A stretch of 32,000 bases of DNA. Source: Escherichia coli (GTDB lineage Bacteria; Pseudomonadota; Gammaproteobacteria; Enterobacterales; Enterobacteriaceae). Location of the stretch: the NCBI RefSeq assembly GCF_013282335.1, contig NZ_CP043406.1. One strand, given 5' to 3'. This document shows positions 1-10,900 of the stretch, one piece after another. Below the pieces are notes generated by a model. That model had not been told where the DNA came from and searched no databases. It saw only the letters and a list, made by a program, of their open reading frames with translations. Both the position numbers and the translations under genes were made by a program. Position 1 is the stretch's first letter; each line of letters starts with the position of its first letter.

Positions 1-71
1 GTTACACCGTGAGACGTGCTACGCCTGTCAGGCCTATTCGACTCCTGCAATGTATTGAATTTGCATAGTTT

Positions 72-112
72 TGTAGGTCGAATAAGGCGTTCACGCCGCA
101 TCCGGCGTGAAC
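72..112. repeat. REP (repetitive extragenic palindromic) element downstream of nadE
   Basis: Perfect 10-bp stem GTTCACGCCG (89-98) / CGGCGTGAAC (103-112) with loop CATC, flanked by TGTAGGTCGAATAAGGC, matching the E. coli REP pattern. Confidence 0.8.
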
Positions 113-151
113 AAAGTACTCTTTTTCGCACAAACCAATATGTGCAAATTA

Positions 152-979
152 TTACTTTTTCCAGAAATCATCGAAAACGGTAATTGGCGGACGGCGTTTA
201 TGTTCGGTTTTCAGATACCAGTTCTCTATTGTTCTGGCGACCTGTTCAGGTAGGTTTTTCCCTTCCAGATAGTCGTCGATATTGTCATAGGTCACGCCGA
301 GTGCCACTTCATCTGGCAGAGAAGGGCGATCATCTTCCAGATCGGCCGTTGGGGCTTTCTTATAAAGGTGTTCCGGGCAACCTAATGCCGCCAGTAACTG
401 TTTACCCTGGCGTTTGTTGAGACGATACAGCGGATTAATATCCGTACCGCCGTCACCATATTTAGTGAAGAATCCGGTAATGGCTTCTGCTGCATGATCG
501 GTGCCCACCACGACACCGCTGGTCATACCCGCAATGCTATATTGTGCTTTCATCCGCTCACGCGCTTTTTCATTGCCACGAACAAAATCGCTCAGTTCAA
601 TGCCCGCTTCGCGCAGCGCCTGTTCGCTGGCCAATACCGCGCCCTTGATATTAACGGTTAATACGCGATCCGGTTGAATAAAGGCAATGGCATCCTGGCA
701 ATCTTGTTCGTCAGCCTGAACACCATAGGGCAGGCGTACGGCAATAAATTGCAGTGATTCGTTGCCAGTTTCCTGGCGCAGCTCATTAATCGCCATCTGG
801 CACAGCTTTCCGGCAAGCGTGGAGTCCTGACCGCCGCTGATCCCTAGCACCAGTGATTTAATGAACGGATAAGTTTGCAGGTAGCTTTTCAGAAAATCGA
901 CACTACGACGAATTTCCTCTTCAGCATTAATCTGCGGTTTTGCGCCCAGCGCCTTTATTATTTGTTGTTGCAATGTCAT
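152..979 (-). CDS. nadE: NH3-dependent NAD+ synthetase
   Basis: 275-aa ORF; [14 protein letters not shown]-pyrophosphatase P-loop motif; recognised NadE sequence and synteny with osmE. Confidence 0.97.
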   Translation of the reverse strand: MTLQQQIIKALGAKPQINAEEEIRRSVDFLKSYLQTYPFIKSLVLGISGGQDSTLAGKLCQMAINELRQETGNESLQFIAVRLPYGVQADEQDCQDAIAFIQPDRVLTVNIKGAVLASEQALREAGIELSDFVRGNEKARERMKAQYSIAGMTSGVVVGTDHAAEAITGFFTKYGDGGTDINPLYRLNKRQGKQLLAALGCPEHLYKKAPTADLEDDRPSLPDEVALGVTYDNIDDYLEGKNLPEQVARTIENWYLKTEHKRRPPITVFDDFWKK

Positions 980-1180
980 TGAACCCCTCCAGACAGAAAA
1001 GACAAAACTTCCTTAAAGCTAACCCGTTGCTACTGAAACGACAAGCGACAGCGGGCTGAATGGTGGTTAAAACGTCATACAGGAATCCTCTGAAAGCGGA
1101 GCCGTTTCGTTCACGGGCTTGAAAAAGCGCCCAATGTATTCCAGGCTTATCTAACACGCTGATAAACAAGAGGACGGAAT

Positions 1181-1519
1181 ATGAACAAGAATATGGCAGG
1201 AATTCTGAGTGCAGCGGCGGTATTAACCATGCTGGCGGGTTGTACGGCTTATGATCGTACCAAAGACCAGTTTGTACAGCCTGTGGTGAAAGACGTCAAA
1301 AAAGGCATGAGCCGGGCGCAGGTTGCACAAATTGCGGGTAAACCTTCGTCTGAAGTGAGCATGATCCATGCTCGTGGTACTTGCCAGACCTACATCCTGG
1401 GTCAACGTGATGGTAAAGCAGAAACCTACTTTGTCGCGTTAGATGATACCGGACATGTCATCAACTCCGGTTATCAGACCTGTGCTGAATACGACACTGA
1501 TCCACAGGCTGCGAAGTAA
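1181..1519 (+). CDS. osmE: osmotically inducible lipoprotein OsmE
   Basis: 112-aa ORF with lipobox LTMLAGC; recognised sequence. Confidence 0.96.
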
Positions 1520-1550
1520 TCACTTCGCCTGAAAGCTTGAGTTACAACGG

Positions 1551-1577
1551 AAACCGGCCATTGCGCCGGTTTTTTTT
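1551..1577 (+). terminator. Rho-independent terminator of osmE
   Basis: AAACCGGCCATTGCGCCGGTTTTTTTT: GC-rich hairpin followed by a T run. Confidence 0.85.
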
Positions 1578-1817
1578 GGCCTGAGTTCTTAATTATCTTC
1601 GCGAATTATTTGCCCGAAATGTGAAGAGGGTCATAACCGCAGGTCAAGGAGAGACAATTTATAAGGTCAAAGAAATACTATTGCTCAGGTCTATACCGTA
1701 TACTCCTTTCAGCCACAAAAAAAGTCATGTTGGTTTCGCAAGTTACCCAGAGCATGGAAGCAGGTTAAGGCTTGCGGAGTGTCTGGCTGACAGATAATCG
1801 TCGATGAGGGCAGTTTT

Positions 1818-2138
1818 ATGGAAAAGAAACACATTTATCTGTTTTGTTCTGCGGGCATGTCTACCTCTTTACTGGTATCAAAAATGCGCGCACAGGCAGA
1901 AAAATATGAAGTTCCGGTCATTATTGAAGCATTTCCGGAAACACTGGCTGGTGAAAAAGGTCAGAATGCCGATGTCGTGTTATTAGGGCCGCAGATTGCT
2001 TATATGTTGCCCGAAATCCAGCGTTTGTTACCCAACAAACCGGTTGAAGTAATTGACTCGCTGCTTTATGGCAAAGTCGATGGTTTAGGCGTGCTTAAGG
2101 CTGCGGTTGCAGCGATTAAAAAAGCCGCAGCAAATTAA
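1818..2138 (+). CDS. chbB: PTS chitobiose-specific enzyme IIB
   Basis: 106-aa ORF with the IIB active-site motif ([11 protein letters not shown]); first gene of the chb operon. Confidence 0.97.
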   Translation: MEKKHIYLFCSAGMSTSLLVSKMRAQAEKYEVPVIIEAFPETLAGEKGQNADVVLLGPQIAYMLPEIQRLLPNKPVEVIDSLLYGKVDGLGVLKAAVAAIKKAAAN

Positions 2139-2153
2139 TTTATTTTAAATTTT

Positions 2154-2165
2154 CCCGTCAAAGAG
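2154..2165 (+). promoter_or_regulatory. Candidate ChiX sRNA pairing site in the chbB-chbC intergenic region
   Basis: CCCGTCAAAGAG is complementary to the CUCUUUGACGGG seed of ChiX as I recall it; ChiX pairing with the chbBC intercistronic region is established. Confidence 0.8.
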
Positions 2166-2222
2166 TTATTTCATAAATCAATACCGTAATATTTAAATTG
2201 CGGTTTTTAAGGGTATTTTTCT

Positions 2223-3581
2223 ATGAGTAATGTTATTGCATCGCTTGAAAAGGTACTCCTCCCTTTTGCAGTTAAAATAGGAAAGCAGCCACACGTTAAT
2301 GCAATCAAAAATGGCTTTATTCGCTTAATGCCGTTAACCCTTGCGGGGGCCATGTTTGTATTAATTAACAACGTTTTTCTAAGCTTTGGGGAGGGGTCGT
2401 TTTTTTATTCCTTAGGTATTCGCCTGGATGCCTCAACCATTGAAACACTTAATGGTCTGAAAGGTATTGGCGGCAACGTATATAACGGAACATTAGGGAT
2501 AATGTCTTTAATGGCACCGTTCTTTATTGGCATGGCGCTGGCAGAAGAGCGTAAAGTCGATGCGCTGGCGGCTGGGTTGTTATCCGTTGCAGCATTTATG
2601 ACCGTCACCCCATACAGTGTCGGTGAGGCCTATGCGGTTGGCGCAAACTGGTTAGGTGGGGCGAATATCATCTCCGGGATTATTATTGGCCTGGTGGTGG
2701 CAGAAATGTTTACCTTTATTGTCCGCCGCAATTGGGTCATTAAATTGCCCGATAGCGTACCTGCTTCAGTATCGCGTTCCTTCTCGGCTTTAATTCCCGG
2801 CTTTATTATTCTTTCCGTGATGGGGATTATTGCCTGGGCGTTGAATACCTGGGGCACCAACTTCCATCAGATCATTATGGATACCATCTCAACCCCACTG
2901 GCATCGTTGGGTAGCGTGGTGGGCTGGGCCTATGTGATCTTTGTTCCACTGCTCTGGTTCTTCGGTATTCATGGTGCGCTGGCGCTGACCGCACTGGACA
3001 ACGGCATTATGACGCCTTGGGCGCTGGAAAATATCGCGACCTATCAGCAATATGGTTCCGTCGAAGCGGCGCTGGCAGCCGGTAAGACCTTCCATATCTG
3101 GGCCAAGCCGATGCTGGACTCCTTTATTTTCCTTGGGGGCAGTGGTGCGACTTTAGGTCTGATCCTGGCTATCTTTATCGCCTCTCGCCGTGCTGATTAT
3201 CGTCAGGTGGCAAAACTGGCGCTGCCGTCCGGCATCTTCCAGATTAACGAACCGATTCTGTTTGGTCTGCCAATTATCATGAACCCGGTGATGTTTATCC
3301 CGTTTGTACTGGTACAACCGATTCTGGCGGCAATCACCCTGGCAGCGTACTACATGGGCATTATTCCTCCGGTGACCAATATTGCACCGTGGACCATGCC
3401 AACCGGTCTGGGAGCCTTCTTTAACACCAACGGTAGCGTCGCCGCATTGCTGGTCGCACTCTTCAACCTTGGTATCGCAACGTTAATTTATCTGCCCTTT
3501 GTTGTGGTGGCTAACAAAGCACAAAATGCGATTGATAAAGAAGAGAGCGAAGAAGATATCGCTAACGCCCTGAAATTTTAA
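2223..3581 (+). CDS. chbC: PTS chitobiose-specific enzyme IIC
   Basis: 452-aa multi-spanning IIC permease; operon position. Confidence 0.97.
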
Positions 3582-3631
3582 TCGATGCCGGTACGGGTAA
3601 TCGTGCCGGTAAGAATAGAGAGGAACGATGT

Positions 3632-3982
3632 ATGATGGATCTCGATAATATTCCCGATACGCAAACGGAAGCTGAAGAGCTGGAAGAAGTGGTGATGGGG
3701 CTTATCATCAACTCCGGACAAGCGCGCAGCCTGGCGTATGCGGCACTGAAACAGGCGAAGCAGGGCGATTTTGCCGCAGCAAAAGCCATGATGGATCAGT
3801 CACGGATAGCATTGAATGAAGCGCATCTGGTACAGACGAAACTGATTGAAGGCGATGCGGGCGAAGGTAAGATGAAAGTGAGTCTGGTGCTGGTCCACGC
3901 TCAGGATCATTTAATGACGTCCATGCTTGCGCGTGAACTGATTACCGAATTAATTGAGCTTCATGAAAAACTGAAGGCATAA
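3632..3982 (+). CDS. chbA: PTS chitobiose-specific enzyme IIA
   Basis: 116-aa lactose/cellobiose-family IIA with [11 protein letters not shown] active-site region. Confidence 0.97.
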   Translation: MMDLDNIPDTQTEAEELEEVVMGLIINSGQARSLAYAALKQAKQGDFAAAKAMMDQSRIALNEAHLVQTKLIEGDAGEGKMKVSLVLVHAQDHLMTSMLARELITELIELHEKLKA

Positions 3983-3989
3983 GGAGTCG

Positions 3990-4832
3990 ATGATGCAGCC
4001 AGTGATTAACGCGCCGGAAATTGCCACTGCCCGAGAACAGCAGTTGTTTAATGGCAAAAATTTCCATGTGTTTATCTATAACAAAACTGAGAGTATCAGC
4101 GGACTGCATCAGCACGACTATTATGAATTTACTCTGGTATTAACCGGGCGTTATTTCCAGGAGATTAACGGTAAGCGCGTGTTACTGGAACGGGGCGATT
4201 TTGTTTTTATTCCGTTAGGTTCGCACCATCAAAGTTTTTATGAGTTTGGTGCCACGCGCATATTGAACGTTGGGATCAGTAAACGCTTTTTTGAGCAGCA
4301 TTACCTGCCGTTGTTGCCTTATTGCTTTGTAGCTTCGCAGGTATACCGAACCAATAACGCTTTTCTCACCTATGTGGAAACAGTGATTTCTTCATTGAAT
4401 TTCCGCGAAACAGGGCTGGAAGAGTTTGTTGAGATGGTTACTTTTTATGTCATTAACCGTTTACGTCATTACCGCGAAGAACAGGTGATTGATGATGTAC
4501 CGCAGTGGCTGAAAAGTACGGTAGAAAAGATGCATGATAAAGAGCAGTTTAGTGAATCGGCGCTGGAGAATATGGTGACGTTGTCAGCCAAATCACAGGA
4601 ATATTTGACGCGAGCGACTCAACGATATTATGGCAAAACACCAATGCAGATTATTAATGAGATCCGTATTAATTTTGCCAAAAAACAACTGGAAATGACC
4701 AACTATTCCGTGACGGATATTGCGTTTGAGGCCGGTTATAGTAGCCCGAGTTTGTTTATTAAAACGTTTAAGAAATTAACGTCCTTTACGCCTAAGAGCT
4801 ATCGTAAGAAATTGACTGAATTTAATCAGTAA
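3990..4832 (+). CDS. chbR: AraC-family dual regulator of the chb operon
   Basis: 280-aa protein with N-terminal cupin and C-terminal AraC HTH ([34 protein letters not shown]). Confidence 0.96.
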   Translation: MMQPVINAPEIATAREQQLFNGKNFHVFIYNKTESISGLHQHDYYEFTLVLTGRYFQEINGKRVLLERGDFVFIPLGSHHQSFYEFGATRILNVGISKRFFEQHYLPLLPYCFVASQVYRTNNAFLTYVETVISSLNFRETGLEEFVEMVTFYVINRLRHYREEQVIDDVPQWLKSTVEKMHDKEQFSESALENMVTLSAKSQEYLTRATQRYYGKTPMQIINEIRINFAKKQLEMTNYSVTDIAFEAGYSSPSLFIKTFKKLTSFTPKSYRKKLTEFNQ

Positions 4833-4853
4833 GTCGTTATACCTGACAATTCA

Positions 4854-4901
4854 CATATCTGTCCTGTTGCTGGATTATTTATGTCCGGGGGGGCAGATAT
4901 G
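4854..4901. repeat. Inverted repeat in the chbR-chbF intergenic region
   Basis: CATATCTG (4854-4861) and CAGATATG (4894-4901) are perfect reverse complements; arms partly extend through CC/GG. Confidence 0.6.
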
Positions 4902-4936
4902 CCAGATATCAGTATTCTGTACTGAAGGGAGAAATT

Positions 4937-6289
4937 ATGAGCCAGAAATTAAAAGTCGTCACTATTGGTGGCGGGAGCAGCTATACCCCGGAGTTACTGG
5001 AAGGATTTATTAAGCGTTATCACGAATTGCCGGTCAGCGAATTATGGCTGGTGGATGTCGAAGGTGGTAAAGCTAAACTGGATATTATTTTTGATCTCTG
5101 CCAACGGATGATTGATAACGCTGGCGTCCCGATGAAGCTTTATAAAACGCTGGATCGCCGCGAAGCATTGAAAGATGCTGATTTCGTTACTACCCAACTG
5201 CGCGTAGGCCAATTACCGGCGCGCGAACTGGATGAACGTATTCCATTAAGTCATGGTTATCTTGGTCAGGAAACTAACGGCGCGGGCGGTCTGTTTAAAG
5301 GTCTGCGTACCATTCCGGTGATTTTTAACATCGTAAAAGATGTCGAAGAACTTTGTCCGAATGCATGGGTGATTAACTTCACTAACCCGGCGGGAATGGT
5401 CACTGAAGCCGTTTATCGTCATACCGGATTTAAAAGCTTTATCGGCGTGTGTAATATTCCGATCGGCATGAAGATGTTTATTCGCGATGTTCTGATGCTG
5501 AAAGACAGCGATGATTTATCTATCGATCTGTTCGGCCTCAACCATATGGTGTTCATTAAAGATGTGCTGGTAAATGGCAAATCACGCTTTGCCGAATTGC
5601 TTGATGGTGTGGCATCCGGGCAGTTAAAAGCATCTGGCGTTAAAAATATTTTCGATCTGCCATTTAGCGAAGGTTTAATTCGTTCTCTAAATCTGTTGCC
5701 GTGTTCTTATTTGCTTTATTACTTCAAGCAAAAAGAGATGCTGGCTATTGAAATGGGCGAATACTACAAAGGCGGCGCACGAGCACAGGTAGTACAGAAA
5801 GTCGAGAAACAACTTTTTGAGCTGTATAAAAACCCGGAGTTGAAAGTTAAGCCGAAAGAACTGGAACAGCGCGGTGGGGCTTATTACTCTGATGCAGCGT
5901 GCGAAGTGATCAACGCTATCTACAACGACAAGCAAGCTGAACATTACGTTAATATCCCGCATCATGGGCATATTGATAATATTCCGGCAGACTGGGCGGT
6001 AGAAATGACCTGTACGCTGGGGCGCGATGGCGCGACGCCACATCCGCGCATTACGCATTTCGATGATAAAGTGATGGGGCTGATTCACACCATTAAAGGC
6101 TTCGAGATTGCTGCCAGCAACGCTGCACTTAGCGGAGAATTTAACGATGTGTTACTGGCGCTAAACCTTAGTCCGTTGGTGCATTCCGATCGCGATGCTG
6201 AGCTGCTGGCACGCGAGATGATTCTGGCGCACGAGAAATGGCTGCCAAATTTTGCCGACTGCATCGCAGAGCTTAAAAAAGCACATTAA
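4937..6289 (+). CDS. chbF: Monoacetylchitobiose-6-phosphate hydrolase (GH4 family)
   Basis: 450-aa ORF with N-terminal GGGSSYTPEL Rossmann motif typical of GH4; operon position. Confidence 0.97.
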   Translation: MSQKLKVVTIGGGSSYTPELLEGFIKRYHELPVSELWLVDVEGGKAKLDIIFDLCQRMIDNAGVPMKLYKTLDRREALKDADFVTTQLRVGQLPARELDERIPLSHGYLGQETNGAGGLFKGLRTIPVIFNIVKDVEELCPNAWVINFTNPAGMVTEAVYRHTGFKSFIGVCNIPIGMKMFIRDVLMLKDSDDLSIDLFGLNHMVFIKDVLVNGKSRFAELLDGVASGQLKASGVKNIFDLPFSEGLIRSLNLLPCSYLLYYFKQKEMLAIEMGEYYKGGARAQVVQKVEKQLFELYKNPELKVKPKELEQRGGAYYSDAACEVINAIYNDKQAEHYVNIPHHGHIDNIPADWAVEMTCTLGRDGATPHPRITHFDDKVMGLIHTIKGFEIAASNAALSGEFNDVLLALNLSPLVHSDRDAELLAREMILAHEKWLPNFADCIAELKKAH

Positions 6290-7051
<762 letters not shown>

Positions 7052-7060
7052 GTAAGGTGG

Positions 7061-7090
7061 TAAGGTCACTCCCCAGGGGGCGTGACCTTA
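7061..7090. terminator. Hairpin between convergent chbG and katE, probable bidirectional terminator
   Basis: TAAGGTCAC (7061-7069) / GTGACCTTA (7082-7090) perfect 9-bp stem lying between two converging stop codons. Confidence 0.6.
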
Positions 7091-7097
7091 TCCATAT

Positions 7098-9359
7098 TTA
7101 CGCCGGAATTTTGTCAATCTTAGGAATGCGTGACCACATGCGGTGTGCTGCCATCAGCGTTAACAGTTCATCCATAAAACTACCATCGGCGCTGTCAGCT
7201 TCCACAATCCCTTCTTCACCCTGGTCAGCGACCTTGATTGTTGCTTTAAACTTGCGCGCGTCTCCCGCCAGCGCAATCGGTTTAAGGTGTTTGTAGGCTT
7301 CCATCAGGTAGTAGTTGGCATCGCCGTTGTCAGCGATATCCGCGATATTGCCGCAAGGGACAATAACCGCATCGACCGTCAGCGAAGGTGCACCGGCAAA
7401 GGTAGCGGCTATAGGCAACACCGTACCGTCATCCGCAGTCACTTCACCCATTCGGGAGTAGAGCAGTTTGGCATGAACGCCTTTGGCCTTCAGCGCCTTG
7501 AGAATGGCCAGAAGGTCTGCCGATCTCACTTCATCATTAAGTAAAATCGCTACCACGCGACCTTTCACATCACCGTCAGGAATGGCGTACAAACTTAAGG
7601 ATGGATCCTTTTTCAGACCGTTGACGTCCGGAGGCGGGGTGATATTCAGCTGGTCGTCCGTCAGCTCGATACCGAGATTTTTCGCCACCGCCTGGGCCAG
7701 AGTGAGATCAATATGCGCCAGCTGGTCAACAACGCGCTCACGAATATACGGACGAACTACTTTGCTTAACTCAAAACTGAAACCATCGACAATATGGCGC
7801 TGCTCGAATGGCGTCTGACTTAGCCAGAACAGACGCGGATGGGAATAATATTCGCCAAACGATGGACTGCGCTCGCGAACTTTATTTCCTTCCACGCGTT
7901 CCTGGTATGATTCAAAACCGCCACGTTTCGGCCCCGGCGGTGTTTCGCGCGGCCAGTTATCGTTGATCGAGTTCGGTTCATAATTCGCCGGGTTAGTGTC
8001 GATCCCCATACGATGCATGCCGTCACGCTGGAAATTATGGTAAGGGCAGGTCGGGCGGTTAATCGGAATCTCATGGAAATTCGGCCCACCAAGACGACTG
8101 ATTTGTGTATCGGTATAGGAGAACAAACGTCCCTGCAACAGGGGATCGTTGGTGAAGTCCAGACCAGGAACAATATGACCTGGATGGAATGCTGCTTGTT
8201 CGTTTTCGGCAAAGAAGTTATCCGGATTGCGATTGAGCATCATTTTGCCAACACGCTGAACGGGTACCAGTTCTTCCGGGATGAGTTTGGTTGGATCGAG
8301 AAGATCGAAGTCAAACTTGAATTCATCTTCTTCAGGAATCAACTGGAAGCCCAGTTCGTATTCCGGAAAATCGCCTGCTTCGATGGCTTCCCACAACTCG
8401 CGGCGGTGGAAGTCCGGGTCACGTCCGGTTAGTTTTTGTGCTTCATCCCAAACGAGTGAGGCTTTACCTGCCAGTGGTTTCCAGTGGAAACGTACGAACG
8501 TTGCCTTCCCTTCGGCATTAATCAGGCGGAAGGTGTGAATACCGAAGCCTTCCATGGTGCGGTAACTGCGTGGGATCCCGCGATCCGACATCGCCCACAT
8601 CACGTTGTGCAGAGTTTCAGGTTGCAGAGAAACATAATCCCAGAAAGTATCGTGGGCGCTTTGCCCTTGTGGGATTGCCCAGTGCGGTTCTGGTTTTACC
8701 GCATGAACAAAATCGGGGAATTTATGCGCATCCTGGATAAAGAAGATTGGCGTGTTATTGCCAACGAGGTCAAAAATACCCTCTTCGGTATAGAACTTGG
8801 TGGCAAAGCCACGGATATCACGCACGGTATCGGCAGAGCCAGCACCACCCTGAACGGTAGAGAACCTAACAAATACTGGGGTGATTTTGTTCGGATCTGA
8901 GAGGAAATCCGCTTTGGTGATATCGCTTAAGCTTTTATATGGCTGGAAATAACCGTGAGCTGCTGATCCACGTGCATGAACAATACGTTCCGGGATGCGC
9001 TCATGGTCAAAGTGGGTGATTTTCTCGCGCAGAATAAAATCTTCCAGCAGCGTTGGACCACGGCTACCGGCACGCAGTGAGTTTTGATCGTCGGCGATGC
9101 GCACGCCCTGATTAGTGGTCAGCGCATAATTTTCACTGCCTTTGCGTACGTCTTCCAGAGAATTAAGTTTTTCGTTACGCGTATCAGGGGCTTTCAGGCT
9201 CCCTGGGGCGGTAGGTTGTGCACCTGGCGGTGTCGGTTCAGCCGCTGGACGATGAGATCCGTCCTCAGGTGCCAGTGAGTCCATCCCCGGTTTCGCTTCG
9301 CTGGAATCGTGTTGTGGTGACTGGTGCTGATGTGGGTTCTTTTCGTTATGTTGCGACAT
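7098..9359 (-). CDS. katE: Catalase HPII (monofunctional large-subunit heme catalase)
   Basis: 753-aa ORF; catalase core ([22 protein letters not shown]; [15 protein letters not shown]) plus C-terminal DJ-1/flavodoxin-like domain. Confidence 0.98.
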   Translation of the reverse strand: MSQHNEKNPHQHQSPQHDSSEAKPGMDSLAPEDGSHRPAAEPTPPGAQPTAPGSLKAPDTRNEKLNSLEDVRKGSENYALTTNQGVRIADDQNSLRAGSRGPTLLEDFILREKITHFDHERIPERIVHARGSAAHGYFQPYKSLSDITKADFLSDPNKITPVFVRFSTVQGGAGSADTVRDIRGFATKFYTEEGIFDLVGNNTPIFFIQDAHKFPDFVHAVKPEPHWAIPQGQSAHDTFWDYVSLQPETLHNVMWAMSDRGIPRSYRTMEGFGIHTFRLINAEGKATFVRFHWKPLAGKASLVWDEAQKLTGRDPDFHRRELWEAIEAGDFPEYELGFQLIPEEDEFKFDFDLLDPTKLIPEELVPVQRVGKMMLNRNPDNFFAENEQAAFHPGHIVPGLDFTNDPLLQGRLFSYTDTQISRLGGPNFHEIPINRPTCPYHNFQRDGMHRMGIDTNPANYEPNSINDNWPRETPPGPKRGGFESYQERVEGNKVRERSPSFGEYYSHPRLFWLSQTPFEQRHIVDGFSFELSKVVRPYIRERVVDQLAHIDLTLAQAVAKNLGIELTDDQLNITPPPDVNGLKKDPSLSLYAIPDGDVKGRVVAILLNDEVRSADLLAILKALKAKGVHAKLLYSRMGEVTADDGTVLPIAATFAGAPSLTVDAVIVPCGNIADIADNGDANYYLMEAYKHLKPIALAGDARKFKATIKVADQGEEGIVEADSADGSFMDELLTLMAAHRMWSRIPKIDKIPA

Positions 9360-9562
9360 TGAACTCGTCTCCTTAATTTATTACTGAAAGGGCCGCTGTT
9401 TTGGTCAAAAAACTCTCTAACTATAGACCACCAGCCAGATCCCGCTTCGGAGGCTATTCTGGAAACGGTGTTATGAAATACACGCAAAGCGGGACGTACA
9501 GGGGCTAAATCGGCTAAACTACAGTTTTTCTGATTTTTAATATGCGTTTAGTGAAGCCAGTA

Positions 9563-9805
9563 ATGAAGAAACCGCTCCGCCAGCAAAACCGCCAGATTAT
9601 TAGCTATGTCCCACGCACGGAACCCGCGCCGCCAGAACATGCGATAAAGATGGATTCGTTTCGTGATGTCTGGATGCTGCGTGGCAAATATGTTGCGTTT
9701 GTACTGATGGGAGAGTCATTTCTGCGCTCACCGGCGTTTACTGTGCCTGAATCCGCCCAGCGTTGGGCAAATCAGATCCGCCAGGAAGGGGAAGTGACTG
9801 AGTAA
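9563..9805 (+). CDS. cedA: Cell division modulator CedA
   Basis: ORF track starts at 9542 (87 aa); the recognised 80-aa form starts at MKKPLRQQN, i.e. 9563. Confidence 0.88.
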   Translation: MKKPLRQQNRQIISYVPRTEPAPPEHAIKMDSFRDVWMLRGKYVAFVLMGESFLRSPAFTVPESAQRWANQIRQEGEVTE

Positions 9806-9959
9806 AGATTACGTACCTCCCGGTTTTGCCGGGAGTTACATGGCCTGAAATTCTGTATTTCATTGCTACATTCATTCAAACCACCTGTAACAAAAAGCTG
9901 CCTTTGACGATCTATTGCTATAAATAAGTGATCTTTTTTCTTTAATTGTTTATTTATTT

Positions 9960-9965
9960 TATAAT
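9960..9965 (+). promoter_or_regulatory. Candidate -10 hexamer TATAAT for ydjO
   Basis: Perfect TATAAT in an AT-rich intergenic tract, but only a weak -35 (tttctt) at 17-bp spacing. Confidence 0.4.
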
Positions 9966-9982
9966 AGTTAAGTTTAGCTAAT

Positions 9983-10013
9983 CAGGATGAGCTATTTTTG
10001 ATAGTTCATCCTG
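9983..10013 (+). promoter_or_regulatory. Long hairpin in the predicted ydjO 5' leader
   Basis: CAGGATGAGCTAT (9983-9995), loop TTTTG, ATAGTTCATCCTG (10001-10013): 13 consecutive pairs including one G-U. Confidence 0.6.
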
Positions 10014-10093
10014 TGGCGTTGCCATTAAACTTATATTGTAAATTGCTTAGATTCAAATGAGATAATAATTTTGTTGATAATATGAGGTGGGAG

Positions 10094-10897
10094 ATGTTTT
10101 CTACAAACTTAATACAGAGTGATTATGGTAATTTAAATATTAAAAACCTTGCCTTCGACTCTTTTAAAGAAAGACTGCAGTCTACCATGACAGCACTCAC
10201 TTTCTTTATATCAACGGGTCAATGTGCCTGCGATGAAATAGCAGAATCAAACTTCAATTATATGATTGCCTATATGTCTAACATTAACTATGATGCCTCA
10301 AAGCCAGGAGCGCCAGCACTTAGTTTTGATACATATCTGCAGGACAATGTTAAATATAGAGTGATAATTAATAATCTTTATGGTAGTGAAATTAGGATAA
10401 GAGGTATTAATGAGAATTTTGTTGGGATGGATTTTACTTGTGAATTCCGACCAGAAAAAATGACCAATTTGATCAATATAAAAAACAGGTTGGTTATTCA
10501 CTATTTAAAAACGATATACTATGAACAAAATTATATACATCCTGTTGGGAGCATTTTTGCTGCGATTCAAAAAAATGAGAGTCTCCTAAAGTTTCCTTCG
10601 GTAATATCAATACTTAATGTCAATCTTCTTTTTAATCCACTGAATCTTCCGGGAATGGGAAGTGGTGTGCTTGAAGAGATTATGAGTATTTCAGATAGTT
10701 CACTTAGAAAACGTCTTGGGTATGAGGTTTTAAGCTTTTCGCTACAGGCACATTCATTGAGTCAGGAATGTATCGATAAGTTAGCCATTTTTTTCGCTGA
10801 CGATCTGTTTAAATATGAGTCAGTATGCATCGCCGCGATGGAACATTTAAAAAGTAAGGCAACGGCTCCTATACAAAACGGACCGTTGCCAGCATAA
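10094..10897 (+). CDS. ydjO: Uncharacterised protein YdjO (orphan, AT-rich)
   Basis: ORF track gives 271 aa from 10082; the internal ATG at 10094 follows GAGG at good spacing and gives 267 aa. Locus position between cedA and tcyP matches ydjO. Confidence 0.8.
   Translation: MFSTNLIQSDYGNLNIKNLAFDSFKERLQSTMTALTFFISTGQCACDEIAESNFNYMIAYMSNINYDASKPGAPALSFDTYLQDNVKYRVIINNLYGSEIRIRGINENFVGMDFTCEFRPEKMTNLINIKNRLVIHYLKTIYYEQNYIHPVGSIFAAIQKNESLLKFPSVISILNVNLLFNPLNLPGMGSGVLEEIMSISDSSLRKRLGYEVLSFSLQAHSLSQECIDKLAIFFADDLFKYESVCIAAMEHLKSKATAPIQNGPLPA
10854..10890 (-). terminator. Probable tcyP terminator located inside the 3' end of ydjO
   Basis: GGCAACGG (10858-10865) / CCGTTGCC (10883-10890) 8-bp perfect stem plus TCC/GGA. 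Read on the minus strand it is followed by TTACTTTTTAAA. Confidence 0.55.
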
Positions 10898-10900
10898 GAA

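Noticed and set aside
1-60. Possible second REP/BIME unit at the window start
   Set aside because: Only short GCC/GGC complementarity (GCCTGTCAGGC) is present; too weak to call with the window truncated.
8013-8900. 139-aa and 138-aa plus-strand ORFs opposite katE
   Set aside because: Overlapping shadow ORFs within the recognised HPII catalase gene.
9960-10013. Leader palindrome near ydjO as an IS or MITE inverted terminal repeat
   Set aside because: I found no matching second copy at the other side of ydjO and no target-site duplication by eye; a simple hairpin is the better description.
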